Below are positions 28,634-37,677 of a stretch of 42,125 bases of DNA, piece by piece (the first letter of the stretch is position 1; each line of letters begins with the position of its first letter). The stretch is from a virus. Taxonomy: Duplodnaviria; Heunggongvirae; Uroviricota; Caudoviricetes. The DNA is taken from positions 1-42,125 of IMG/VR virus record IMGVR_UViG_2537561991_000019. One strand, written 5' to 3'. The position numbers were made by a program, and so were the translations under genes. Under the pieces are notes generated by a model that was not told the DNA's origin, searched no databases, and was given only the letters and a program-made list of their open reading frames with translations.

Positions 28634-29448
28634 CCCCTGAATCCTACCGGGATCTGGCTGTAGTCCACATTGTCGTAACTGGCTTTGAAGTACGGGTCCT
28701 CGCGTCTGGCTGCAGATACCGCAGGAACTTCCCAGGATTCTTCGAAATGACGATCCGGACCAAAGAACGTGACAGCCTGTTTCACAAATTGTGTGCCGCT
28801 GTTACCCATCGCAGATACCCAGCCCGCGTAGCGTTTCACACCTTCCAGCATGGTTTCGGGGTTTACCCCCTCATTCAAACGGGCTTTCCAGGCTTTGAAG
28901 GCTGCAGATTTTGAATTGCCACCAGCACGTTTGGGATATACCAGCCATGCCTGCTCAAACTCCGGAGAGTATTCCGGTCGGTTTGAACGAACTCGCACAG
29001 ACTCATCAGCAGATGCACCAACAGCTATTGGTTCATTGACTGGTTCTTTGACTGGTTCAAAAGAGTGACTGGTTCTGGGTGAATCTCCTGCACTACCCCC
29101 TGGTGCAACTCCTGCACTACCTGGTGAATTTGCTGCACCAGATAGTGAATTATTTGCACTACCCCCTAGTGAATCTCCTGCACCATCCAGATGAAGGAGA
29201 TAGATATTACTTGAGTTACCTTTTTCACCTTTCCGGGTGACTTTTTTTACCAGCCCGGACTCACAAAGGGCCGCAATATGATTCATCACAGAACGTTTGC
29301 TAATCTCGCACTGGTCAGCAATATGCTGGTAGCTGGGCCAGCACTCCCCCTGATCGCTGGCATTATCAGCCAGCTTGATCAGAACCAGTTTTCGCAATGG
29401 ATTTCCCACTCGAATTTTCATCGCTTTAACCATCAGCTCCATACTCAT
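28630..29448 (-). CDS. Replication initiator (lambda O-like) with internal origin iterons
   Basis: N-terminal HTH/winged-helix region; Gly/Ser/Ala-rich linker encoded by the repeat array; conserved C-terminal domain. Confidence 0.65.
   Translation of the reverse strand: MSMELMVKAMKIRVGNPLRKLVLIKLADNASDQGECWPSYQHIADQCEISKRSVMNHIAALCESGLVKKVTRKGEKGNSSNIYLLHLDGAGDSLGGSANNSLSGAANSPGSAGVAPGGSAGDSPRTSHSFEPVKEPVNEPIAVGASADESVRVRSNRPEYSPEFEQAWLVYPKRAGGNSKSAAFKAWKARLNEGVNPETMLEGVKRYAGWVSAMGNSGTQFVKQAVTFFGPDRHFEESWEVPAVSAARREDPYFKASYDNVDYSQIPVGFRG
29078..29188. repeat. Candidate replication-origin iterons: about five ~21-23 bp direct repeats inside the O-like gene
   Basis: Plus-strand units ggtgaatctcctgcactaccccc / tggtgcaactcctgcactacc / tggtgaatttgctgcaccag / atagtgaattatttgcactaccccc / tagtgaatctcctgcaccatcc, followed by AT-rich sequence. 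Confidence 0.55.
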
Positions 29449-29669
29449 GCAGCACCTCCGAGATGCTTCATGTTTTTTCCGGAGCGAAAGGCTATAAGCG
29501 GCATACTGACGCGGTAATTACGGCCCAGCGGTTCACAAACCACCTTCTGACATTCACGGTCAACCAGGCTAACACGTAGAACATGCCCTGCAGGCGTGGT
29601 GTACCACTGACCCGGACGAGGACAACGGAAAGTCTGATTGGTAAAACGTTTGAAAATATTCCGGATCAT
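29445..29669 (-). CDS. Small hypothetical protein
   Basis: 74-aa ORF with ATGA-type overlaps to both neighbours. Confidence 0.3.
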   Translation of the reverse strand: MIRNIFKRFTNQTFRCPRPGQWYTTPAGHVLRVSLVDRECQKVVCEPLGRNYRVSMPLIAFRSGKNMKHLGGAA

Positions 29670-30109
29670 TTGCGCCCCCTTACCTCTGAAGAGTTCAGCG
29701 ACGAATGAATAAGACGGGCAAGAAATGCCGCATCGTTAATTCGGTCATACAGACTTACAGCCAGCGGTGATTCAGCTTTTTCCAGCATGGGATAAAGCTG
29801 CTGCAACCAGACCTGATGAATTGATGAAATGTAGGAATAGAGAACGCTGGCGTTATGTGCAACGTCGCTCGGTACAGAGGGCTTTGAAAGCTGTTTCTCC
29901 ATCTGGTTAAAGGCATTGATGTATGCCTCTTTGAACTGGGCAGCACGTTTACCCGTGAAACCCATAGCAAGAAACGCAAAGCCATCGCGGGTTATTTGAT
30001 AGCAAGGTAGTTTGCGAGTACCGCCGTTGGGCTGGCGTACCAAAATTGATGTCTCCGCAAAATTGCGGGCACAAAACTCTGGAGAACAATCCAAAATGCG
30101 AATCTTTTT
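29666..30109 (-). pseudogene. 3' fragment of a Rha-domain regulatory gene split by the IS66 insertion
   Basis: ...YQITRDGFAFLAMGFTGKRAAQFKEAYINAFNQME... is the remembered Rha core; the reading frame rejoins in frame with the fragment at 32809-32931 when the IS and one copy of the target duplication are removed. Confidence 0.7.
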
Positions 30110-30162
30110 GTAACCGGCTCATTTAAACCGTCTGGTCTGTTTCCTCCGGCTCTACAAAAATA

Positions 30163-30840
30163 ATGTCCATCATTTTTAATGGACACTATCGTATGAAACA
30201 CCGGACCTGGATCACTGAAGCTTTACGTCTTCACTTTGAAGAACATTTACCCCGGGTTGTGGCCGGGCGTCGCCTGGGTGTACCAAAATCAACAGTTTGT
30301 AGTATGTTCGTGCGCTTTCGGAGAGCTGGCCTTTCGTGGCCTTTGCCCGCAGGCATGTCGGAGCAGGAACTTGATGCCTGCCTTTACGGACAATTTTCCA
30401 CGGTACCAGTCGTACGTCCTGAAAGCACCGTTATATCCGAAGCCCCCGTGGTAAAAAAACGTCCCCGGCGGCCCAACTTCCCTTATGAGTTTAAAATCGC
30501 CTTAGTGGAGCAGTCACTGCAGCCCGGAGCCTGTGTGGCGCAGATCGCCCGGGAAAACGGAATCAACGATAACCTGCTCTTCAACTGGCGCCATCAATAC
30601 CGGAAAGGTGGCCTGCTGCCTTCCGGAAAAAATATGCCGGCACTGCTTCCCGTGACGTTAACGCCGGAGCCGGATAATAAAATCCCGGCCCCCGCACAGG
30701 AACCAGAGCAGATAAATACACCGTCCGACAGTCTGTGTTGTGAGCTGGTTCTGCCGGCCGGAACTCTCAGGCTTAAAGGTAAACTGACGCCGGCGTTATT
30801 ACAGACACTTATCCGCGAAATAAAAGGGAGCAGCCACTGA
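30163..30840 (+). CDS. IS66-family accessory protein (orfA)
   Basis: First ORF of the element with an HTH-like segment; stop overlaps the orfB start. Confidence 0.65.
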   Translation: MSIIFNGHYRMKHRTWITEALRLHFEEHLPRVVAGRRLGVPKSTVCSMFVRFRRAGLSWPLPAGMSEQELDACLYGQFSTVPVVRPESTVISEAPVVKKRPRRPNFPYEFKIALVEQSLQPGACVAQIARENGINDNLLFNWRHQYRKGGLLPSGKNMPALLPVTLTPEPDNKIPAPAQEPEQINTPSDSLCCELVLPAGTLRLKGKLTPALLQTLIREIKGSSH

Positions 30841-31187
30841 TGATATCTCTCCCTGCAGGTTCGCGTATCTGGCTGGTTGCAGGTATCACCGATATGCGAA
30901 ATGGCTTTAACGGCCTGGCATCAAAAGTTCAGAACGTCCTGAAGGATGACCCGTTCTCCGGACACCTGTTCATCTTCCGCGGACGCCGGGGTGACCAGAT
31001 AAAAGTGTTGTGGGCTGACAGTGACGGACTGTGCCTCTTCACCAAACGCCTGGAGCGGGGCCGCTTCGTCTGGCCAGTCACCCGTGACGGCAAGGTGCAC
31101 CTTACTCCGGCTCAGTTATCCATGCTTCTTGAAGGTATCAACTGGAAGCACCCGAAACGAACGGAACGCGCTGGAATCCGCATATAA
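30840..31187 (+). CDS. IS66-family accessory protein (orfB)
   Basis: 115 aa, MISLPAGSRIWLVAGITDMRNGFNGLA..., characteristic IS66 Orf2. Confidence 0.8.
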   Translation: MISLPAGSRIWLVAGITDMRNGFNGLASKVQNVLKDDPFSGHLFIFRGRRGDQIKVLWADSDGLCLFTKRLERGRFVWPVTRDGKVHLTPAQLSMLLEGINWKHPKRTERAGIRI

Positions 31188-31206
31188 CCCGTTGTAAAGT
31201 GAGGAT

Positions 31207-32779
31207 ATGGACACCTCACTTGCTCATGAGAACGCCCGCCTGCGGGCACTGTTGCAGACGCAACAGGACACCATCCGCCAGATGGCTGAATACAACCGCC
31301 TGCTCTCACAGCGGGTGGCGGCTTATGCTTCCGAAATCAACCGGCTGAAGGCGCTGGTTGCGAAACTGCAACGTATGCAGTTCGGTAAAAGCTCAGAAAA
31401 ACTTCGTGCAAAAACCGAACGGCAGATACAGGAAGCACAGGAGCGAATCAGCGCACTTCAGGAAGAAATGGCGGAAACGCTGGGTGAGCAATATGACCCG
31501 GTACTGCCATCCGCCCTGCGCCAGTCTTCAGCCCGTAAACCGTTACCGGCCTCACTTCCCCGTGAAACCCGGGTTATCCGGCCGGAAGAGGAATGCTGTC
31601 CTGCCTGTGGTGGTGAACTCAGTTCTCTGGGATGTGATGTGTCAGAGCAACTGGAGCTTATCAGCAGCGCCTTTAAGGTTATCGAAACACAACGTCCGAA
31701 ACAGGCCTGTTGCCGGTGCGACCATATCGTGCAGGCACCAGTACCTTCAAAACCCATTGCACGCAGTTATGCCGGAGCGGGGCTTCTGGCCCATGTTGTC
31801 ACCGGGAAATATGCAGACCATCTGCCGTTATACCGCCAGTCAGAAATATACCGTCGTCAGGGAGTGGAGCTGAGCCGTGCCACACTGGGGCGCTGGACAG
31901 GTGCTGTTGCTGAACTGCTGGAGCCGCTGTATGACGTCCTGCGCCAGTATGTGCTGAATGCCCGGTAAAGTCCATGCTGATGATATCCCCGTCCCGGTCC
32001 AGGAGCCGGGCAGCGGTAAAACCCGGACAGCCCGGCTGTGGGTCTACGTCCGTGATGACCGTAACGCCGGTTCACAGATGCCCCCGGCGGTCTGGTTCGC
32101 GTACAGTCCGGACCGGAAAGGTATCCATCCACAAAATCACCTGGCCGGTTACAGCGGTGTGCTTCAGGCCGATGCTTACGGTGGTTACCGGGCGTTATAC
32201 GAATCCGGCAGAATAACGGAAGTCGCGTGTATGGCTCATGCCCGGAGAAAAATCCACGATGTGCATGCAAGAGCGCCCACCTACATCACCACGGAAGCCC
32301 TGCAGCGTATCGGTGAACTGTATGCCATCGAGGCAGAGGTCCGGGGCTGTTCAGCAGAACAGCGTCTGGCGGCAAGAAAAGCCAGAGCCGCGCCACTGAT
32401 GCAGTCACTGTATGACTGGATACAGCAACAGATGAAAACACTGTCGCGTCACTCAGATACGGCAAAAGCGTTCGCATACCTGCTGAAACAGTGGGATGCA
32501 CTGAACGTGTACTGCAGTAATGGCTGGGTGGAAATCGACAACAACATCGCAGAGAACGCCTTACGGGGAGTGGCCGTAGGCCGGAAAAACTGGATGTTCG
32601 CGGGTTCCGACAGCGGTGGTGAACATGCGGCGGTGTTGTACTCGCTGATCGGCACATGCCGTCTGAACAATGTGGAGCCAGAAAAGTGGCTGCGTTACGT
32701 CATTGAACATATCCAGGACTGGCCGGCAAACCGGGTACGCGATCTGTTGCCCTGGAAAGTTGATCTGAGCTCTCAGTAA
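31207..32779 (+). pseudogene. IS66-family transposase (orfC) interrupted by a frameshift near 31958-31968
   Basis: Two overlapping ORFs (253 aa and 273 aa) together have the length and features of one IS66 transposase (leucine-zipper-like N-terminus, CPACGGEL zinc-finger-like motif, catalytic core). Confidence 0.7.
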
Positions 32780-32808
32780 ATATCAATACGGTTCTGACGA
32801 GTCGCTTA

Positions 32809-33537
32809 CATCTTTTTCAGAACATCGTCATGACGTTTAGAGAAGAAGTCAGCAACAGCCAAAGAAGATGTAACAGCCTGACCATCAACGATGGCAATTT
32901 CAGGTTGAGAGAGGGTTGGGAGAGTAGTCATAGTGACAGCCCCGGTAGTCAGTTTTTTAGAAAACTCACCACATGGGACGCCAATCACAGAGGTGGTGAG
33001 ACGTACAGGGTTGGCGTTACCGGAGACTACCGAACCCGGCCCGACCGAAGTCGGCCCTGTACGCCCCACCATAATTTGGGCGTAGCAATGCTCATGACAC
33101 GAAAAAACCGCATGAGCGCGGTTATGCTCAGTAATCAATTTCAGGACGCCAATCCCGGCACCCGCTTTATAAGGTGCCTGAACAGTGTAACGTCCCGGAA
33201 TGGCAGAATCAATGTGCTGGTGGTCCTTCACACTCAACAAAATCACGCCTGAATTTCCACAAAGGACTAAAGCACTCATGCGGGTAGTCTTTGCGAAGAT
33301 AGATAACGCGCTGAGTTTCTGGCTCCCAACGAATAACATGGACATAAAGCCCTCTTCCATCACGAAACCAGCGGTTAAGTTCCTGCACAACTCGCCCCCC
33401 ACAGTCAGGTAAAGTTCTCTGTGGTTACTTACAGCCAGGTGATTTGGTAATCTGCATTCATGCCGTAACAACAGGTGTTCAGCGACACTGACCACCAGCT
33501 GTTGCGACAAACGGTTATTTGCCGTTAAACTGTTCAT
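32809..33537 (-). pseudogene. 5' portion of the IS-disrupted gene; its last 41 codons are the Rha-domain N-terminus
   Basis: MTTLPTLSQPEIAIVDGQAVTSSLAVADFFSKRHDDVLKK runs into the IS inverted repeat. The open frame extends upstream to an ATGA overlap with the preceding gene, so the true start is unclear. Confidence 0.5.
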
Positions 33538-34097
33538 GCGTTAGTTTCTCCACAGACACAAAACGCCACGACGCCCGGAGCTGCACACTCGCGGGCGTCA
33601 CTCTTTTCTAGAGCGCAAAAGATTTTGTAGACCAGTGCTGCATGCTCCTGGAGCTTCGAAATTGACAGATACAACTCATCATTAATTGCTGTCTGCTCGT
33701 GTGGCTCCACTACCCCATCTTCGATTGCCGAACGAATCTGCTTTGAGTAACTCCCGATCTGTTCGATGACTTCCAGCAGGCGCTGGTTTATATCGGCGTT
33801 CTCTACTTCCTCAATTTCAGGAAGCGATACAAACACCCCACCAGCAGACTGTGCGACAGCATCCGCAATGTAGTGAGTGCCAGCCGCGCGCTGTAAAATC
33901 ATTGCCCATCCCAGCGGGAAAATCTGATCGCCATCTGCACGAAGGCGGTTGAATAAAGCGTTCTCTGTTACATCCAGCCACTCAGCAGCTTCAGCGTAAC
34001 CCCCCGGCAACGCCGCGATAGTTTTTCTGACAGCTTTCACGTACCACTCAGGCTGTTTTTCTACTTTCCAGTGATGCTTACCCACGGTTAGCCTCAT
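33534..34097 (-). CDS. Putative CII-like early regulator (assigned by position after cro)
   Basis: 187-aa ORF directly downstream of cro and translationally coupled to the next gene; no confident sequence-level family call. Confidence 0.35.
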   Translation of the reverse strand: MRLTVGKHHWKVEKQPEWYVKAVRKTIAALPGGYAEAAEWLDVTENALFNRLRADGDQIFPLGWAMILQRAAGTHYIADAVAQSAGGVFVSLPEIEEVENADINQRLLEVIEQIGSYSKQIRSAIEDGVVEPHEQTAINDELYLSISKLQEHAALVYKIFCALEKSDARECAAPGVVAFCVCGETNA

Positions 34098-34128
34098 CGT
34101 TCTGTGGTTAAAAATTGAAGGTGTTCTG

Positions 34129-34329
34129 TTAATCTTTCGGATAGATATCCGGTCTTAAGTCAGATTTCGTAATTGCACCTGACGTGCATTGCTCAAGTTT
34201 TTTAGCCAACACAAAACTGGCTTTTTTATAACCATTGAAAACCAGCCGTAAGTAGCCTGATGTTGAGCCAACTTTTCCGGCCAACTCGCCCTGCTGTTCT
34301 TTGGTTAAAGAGTCCCAATACGCTTTCAT
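34129..34329 (-). CDS. cro: Cro-like HTH repressor
   Basis: 66 aa, MKAYWDSLTKEQQGELAGKVGSTSGYLRLVFNGYKK..., HTH pattern; divergent from the cI-like gene; GGAGG 10 nt upstream of the ATG. Confidence 0.7.
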   Translation of the reverse strand: MKAYWDSLTKEQQGELAGKVGSTSGYLRLVFNGYKKASFVLAKKLEQCTSGAITKSDLRPDIYPKD

Positions 34330-34335
34330 ACAATA

Positions 34336-34402
34336 TGTACCTCCGATGTACATATTACATGATTGAGATGAACCTTCAAGATACTTGTACCCTATCGGTA
34401 CA
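34336..34402. promoter_or_regulatory. Right-operator-like region: two 17-bp palindromic operators in the cro/cI divergent promoter region
   Basis: TGTACC-TCCGA-TGTACA at 34336-34352 and TGTACC-CTATC-GGTACA at 34386-34402, between the cro start (34329) and cI start (34420); candidate -10/-35 elements overlap them. Confidence 0.55.
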
Positions 34403-34419
34403 AAGGTTTTAATTTCGTT

Positions 34420-35094
34420 ATGAAAACAGTCCATGACATCCGGCGGTCTAACGCCAGAAAACTGAGAGATGGTGTTGGCGGGAATTCTTCCTTTGCCACC
34501 ATGATTGATCGCGAGCCAACCCAGACCAGCAGGTTTATGGGAGATGGTGCTACTAAAAATATCGGTGACAGCATGGCACGGCACATCGAAAAATGTTTCG
34601 ACCTGCCTGTCGGATGGCTTGATCAAGAACACCAGACAACAAACATCACAAAAAAACCTGATGTTTCAATTACTAACAAACAAATAACGTTAGTCCCTGT
34701 CATATCATGGGTACAGGCCGGAGCATGGAAAGAAGTTGGCTATTCTGAGGTTGATTTGAGCACAGCAGAAACTTATCCCTGCCCTGTACCCTGTGGCGAA
34801 ATGACTTATATCTTGCGGGTGATTGGTGATTCAATGATTGATGAGTACCGCCCGGGAGACATGATTTTTGTTGATCCTGAAGTCCCTGCCTGCCACGGTG
34901 ACGACGTTATTGCATTGATGCACGATACAGGCGAAACCACCTTCAAGCGGTTGATAGAAGATGGAACACAGCGTTATCTCAAAGCATTAAACCCAAACTG
35001 GCCTGAGCCTTACATTAAGATTAACGGTAATTGCTCTATAATTGGTACAGTAATTTTCTCAGGAAAACCAAGAAGATACAAAATAAAGGCCTAA
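34420..35094 (+). CDS. cI: CI-type prophage repressor (N-terminal HTH, C-terminal S24 LexA-like autopeptidase domain)
   Basis: 224 aa; C-terminal RVIGDSM serine motif and an Ala-Gly candidate cleavage site (VQAGAW); divergent from cro; essentially leaderless. Confidence 0.85.
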   Translation: MKTVHDIRRSNARKLRDGVGGNSSFATMIDREPTQTSRFMGDGATKNIGDSMARHIEKCFDLPVGWLDQEHQTTNITKKPDVSITNKQITLVPVISWVQAGAWKEVGYSEVDLSTAETYPCPVPCGEMTYILRVIGDSMIDEYRPGDMIFVDPEVPACHGDDVIALMHDTGETTFKRLIEDGTQRYLKALNPNWPEPYIKINGNCSIIGTVIFSGKPRRYKIKA

Positions 35095-35106
35095 TCAATA
35101 TTTATA

Positions 35107-35129
35107 ACCTGCTTCGGCAGGTTTTTTTA
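35107..35129 (+). terminator. Intrinsic terminator after cI
   Basis: ACCTGC-TTCG-GCAGGT followed by TTTTTTT, 13 nt after the cI stop. Confidence 0.65.
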
Positions 35130-35132
35130 TAC

Positions 35133-35160
35133 TTGACAATGTACCCTTGAGATACATAAT
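35133..35160 (+). promoter_or_regulatory. PL-like early-left promoter with embedded operator
   Basis: -35 TTGACA (35133-35138), 16-nt spacer, -10 CATAAT (35155-35160); third operator copy TGTACC-CTTGA-GATACA at 35140-35156 overlaps spacer and -10. Confidence 0.5.
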
Positions 35161-35760
35161 GTATCTAAAAGAAACATGCCACAGGCAAGATTAAACAAAA
35201 TTTGCTTGTAACACGGCGTATGGCACATGCGTCGTTAGCGGTCTGGGGACGTTAAAGGGGACAATCCACTCCTTGCTCGGGCAAACAAACCAGGTAGCCG
35301 GAATGTGCAAGTCAATGAGGATGCTGATAAGACGCCTAACCAGCGTGGCGATTCGGTTTGACGCCTGGGAAGAGACCAGGGTGCAACGATGAGGGCATTT
35401 ATGGAGCCGCGACAAAGTGTGGTGCCGTAACTGGCTAAGTGCTCTCAGCGTTGTGGTAATCCGCGAAATGGCGCGGCGGTAAGTATGGCGGGGTTACTCT
35501 TTCCCCGTTGAGGACACCGGATTGTCAGGTTGACCATACGCCTGAGTGACAACCCCACCACAACAGCCACTGCTTTGGCGGTACCAGTTTGTGCACTTGC
35601 TTCCGGCTGGTACCGCTCTTTTTACAAAACAGAGAAGAGCATCACCGGACGACGGGCTCATAACCCAATCCATCCGGGCGGCTGCCACCGCAGGTGTTCT
35701 TCTCTGTTTTGTGGAGAAACCAACCGACCTTGCAGGGTCGATATGATGAGGAGCAGCAAA

Positions 35761-36123
35761 ATGGCTAGCGAACGCAGTACTGATGTGCAGGCATTTATCG
35801 GGGAGTTGGACGGCGGCGTATTTGAAACCAAAATCGGCGCAGTTCTCAGTGAAGTCGCTTCAGGTGTGATGAACACGAAAACCAAAGGTAAGGTCTCACT
35901 CAACCTGGAAATCGAACCATTTGATGAGAACCGTGTGAAAATCAAACACAAACTCTCATATGTTCGCCCGACTAACCGCGGGAAAATTTCTGAAGAAGAC
36001 ACCACCGAAACGCCGATGTATGTCAATCGCGGTGGTCGCCTGACTATTCTGCAGGAAGACCAGGGACAATTACTGACTCTTGCCGGTGAACCTGACGGAA
36101 AACTCCGCGCAGCAGGTCATTAA
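35761..36123 (+). CDS. Hypothetical early-left protein (yfdP-like by position)
   Basis: 120 aa from MASERSTDVQAF with GAGGAG upstream; first clear gene after a ~600-nt leader. Confidence 0.45.
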   Translation: MASERSTDVQAFIGELDGGVFETKIGAVLSEVASGVMNTKTKGKVSLNLEIEPFDENRVKIKHKLSYVRPTNRGKISEEDTTETPMYVNRGGRLTILQEDQGQLLTLAGEPDGKLRAAGH

Positions 36124-36188
36124 TATCGTTCTTAATTAACTGATTATTTATCTCATCACTGAATATCTTTATATAGTGAGGACTTATT

Positions 36189-37013
36189 ATGTCTCAGAAC
36201 TTAGACGCAACCGCAATTAATCAAATCCATGCTCTTATTTCTGCTCAGGGTGTTAATGAAATTATCAGTAAGATTGGTGCCGATGCTGTGGCATTGCCTG
36301 AGAATTTCCGCATTCATGATCTGGAAAAATTTAATTTAAATCGCTTCCGTTTCCGTGGTGCGCTTTCCACTGCCAGCATCGATGACTTTACCCGTTATTC
36401 TAAAGATCTTGCAGATGAAGGCACCCGCTGCTTTATCGACGCCGATAATATGCGTGCCGTCAGTGTACTTAACCTGGGTACTATCGATGAACCAGGTCAC
36501 GCAGATAACACCGCCACTCTCAAACTGAAAAAGACAGCACCGTTCTCTGCCCTGTTGTCTGTTAACGGCGAGCGTAACTCCCAGAAGTCACTGGCAGAAT
36601 GGATTGAAGACTGGGCCGACTACCTTGTGGGCTTTGATGCTAATGGTGACGCCATTCAGGCAACCAAAGCGGCTGCGGCGATCCGTAAAATCACAATTGA
36701 AGCGAACCAGACAGCTGATTTTGAAGATAATGACTTCAGCGGCAAACGCTCCCTGATGGAGTCAGTCGAAGCGAAGACCAAAGACATTATGCCAGTGGCA
36801 TTTGAATTTAAATGCGTTCCGTTTGAAGGCCTGAAAGAACGTCCGTTTAAATTACGCCTCAGCATTATCACTGGCGATCGTCCTGTACTGGTTCTGCGCA
36901 TTATTCAGCTGGAAGCGGTGCAGGAAGAAATGGCTAACGAATTTCGTGATCTGCTTGTTGAGAAATTCAAAGACAGCAAAGTCGAAACCTTTATTGGTAC
37001 TTTCACCGCCTGA
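36189..37013 (+). CDS. yfdQ: YfdQ-like protein (DUF2303 family)
   Basis: 274 aa; size and position upstream of an HD-domain gene match the remembered CPS-53 yfdQ-yfdR arrangement. Confidence 0.6.
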   Translation: MSQNLDATAINQIHALISAQGVNEIISKIGADAVALPENFRIHDLEKFNLNRFRFRGALSTASIDDFTRYSKDLADEGTRCFIDADNMRAVSVLNLGTIDEPGHADNTATLKLKKTAPFSALLSVNGERNSQKSLAEWIEDWADYLVGFDANGDAIQATKAAAAIRKITIEANQTADFEDNDFSGKRSLMESVEAKTKDIMPVAFEFKCVPFEGLKERPFKLRLSIITGDRPVLVLRIIQLEAVQEEMANEFRDLLVEKFKDSKVETFIGTFTA

Positions 37014-37140
37014 TTTCATTACTGCAAATGCCCCTGCGGGGGCATTTATGGAAACGTAATTAACTCAATAATCACCGGATGGTGAGAGCTTCCTTTTACC
37101 AGAATTCAGCGCGGTGCAGCGCATATACGTGGAGAACAAA

Positions 37141-37677
37141 ATGTCATTTATTAAAACTTTTTCCGGGAAGCATTTTTATTATGACAAGATAAATAAAGAC
37201 GACATCGTGCTTAACGATATCGCAGTTTCCCTCTCAAATATCTGTCGCTTTGCAGGGCATCTTTCACACTTCTACAGCGTCGCCCAACATGCGGTGCTTT
37301 GCAGCCAGCTGGTACCGCAGGAGTTTGCTTTCGAAGCGTTAATGCATGATGCAACAGAAGCATATTGCCAGGACATCCCCGCGCCACTGAAACGACTTCT
37401 TCCTGACTATAAACGGATGGAAGAAAAAATAGACGCCGTAATCCGTGAGAAATACGGGTTACCTCCTGTTATGAGCACGCCAGTGAAATATGCCGATCTC
37501 ATTATGCTGGCAACCGAACGCCGCGATCTCGGGCTTGATGATGGCTCTTTCTGGCCTGTACTGGAAGGCATCCCGGCAACAGAGATGTTCAAAGTTATTC
37601 CACTGTCACCAGGCCATGCCTACGGGATGTTTATGGAACGTTTTAACGAGTTATCGGAATTACGCAAATGTGCATAA
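37141..37677 (+). CDS. yfdR: HD-domain phosphohydrolase (YfdR-like 5'-deoxynucleotidase)
   Basis: Start at MSFIKTF preceded by GGAGAA; HD-type metal-binding pattern (...AQHAVLC...MHDATEAY...). Confidence 0.7.
   Translation: MSFIKTFSGKHFYYDKINKDDIVLNDIAVSLSNICRFAGHLSHFYSVAQHAVLCSQLVPQEFAFEALMHDATEAYCQDIPAPLKRLLPDYKRMEEKIDAVIREKYGLPPVMSTPVKYADLIMLATERRDLGLDDGSFWPVLEGIPATEMFKVIPLSPGHAYGMFMERFNELSELRKCA

Larger units (their letters stand above)
30110..32809 (+). mobile_element. IS66-family insertion sequence, ~2.7 kb, with imperfect terminal inverted repeats and 8-bp target duplication
   Basis: Left end GTAACCGGCTC... and right end ...GAGTCGCTTAC are imperfect inverted repeats; direct repeat ATCTTTTT at 30102-30109 and 32810-32817; three-ORF IS66 organisation. 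Confidence 0.85.

Noticed and set aside
32830-33252. 140-aa plus-strand ORF upstream of the IS right end
   Set aside because: Arg/Ser-rich junk-like translation; it overlaps a minus-strand frame that is translationally coupled to the upstream gene and runs into the Rha-domain N-terminus, which is the more plausible coding strand.
35191-35688. Two short minus-strand ORFs (74 aa and 64 aa) in the early-left leader
   Set aside because: They are antisense to the direction of the PL-like promoter, lack ribosome binding sites and have Cys/His/Arg-rich compositions; more likely chance frames in a GC-rich structured leader.
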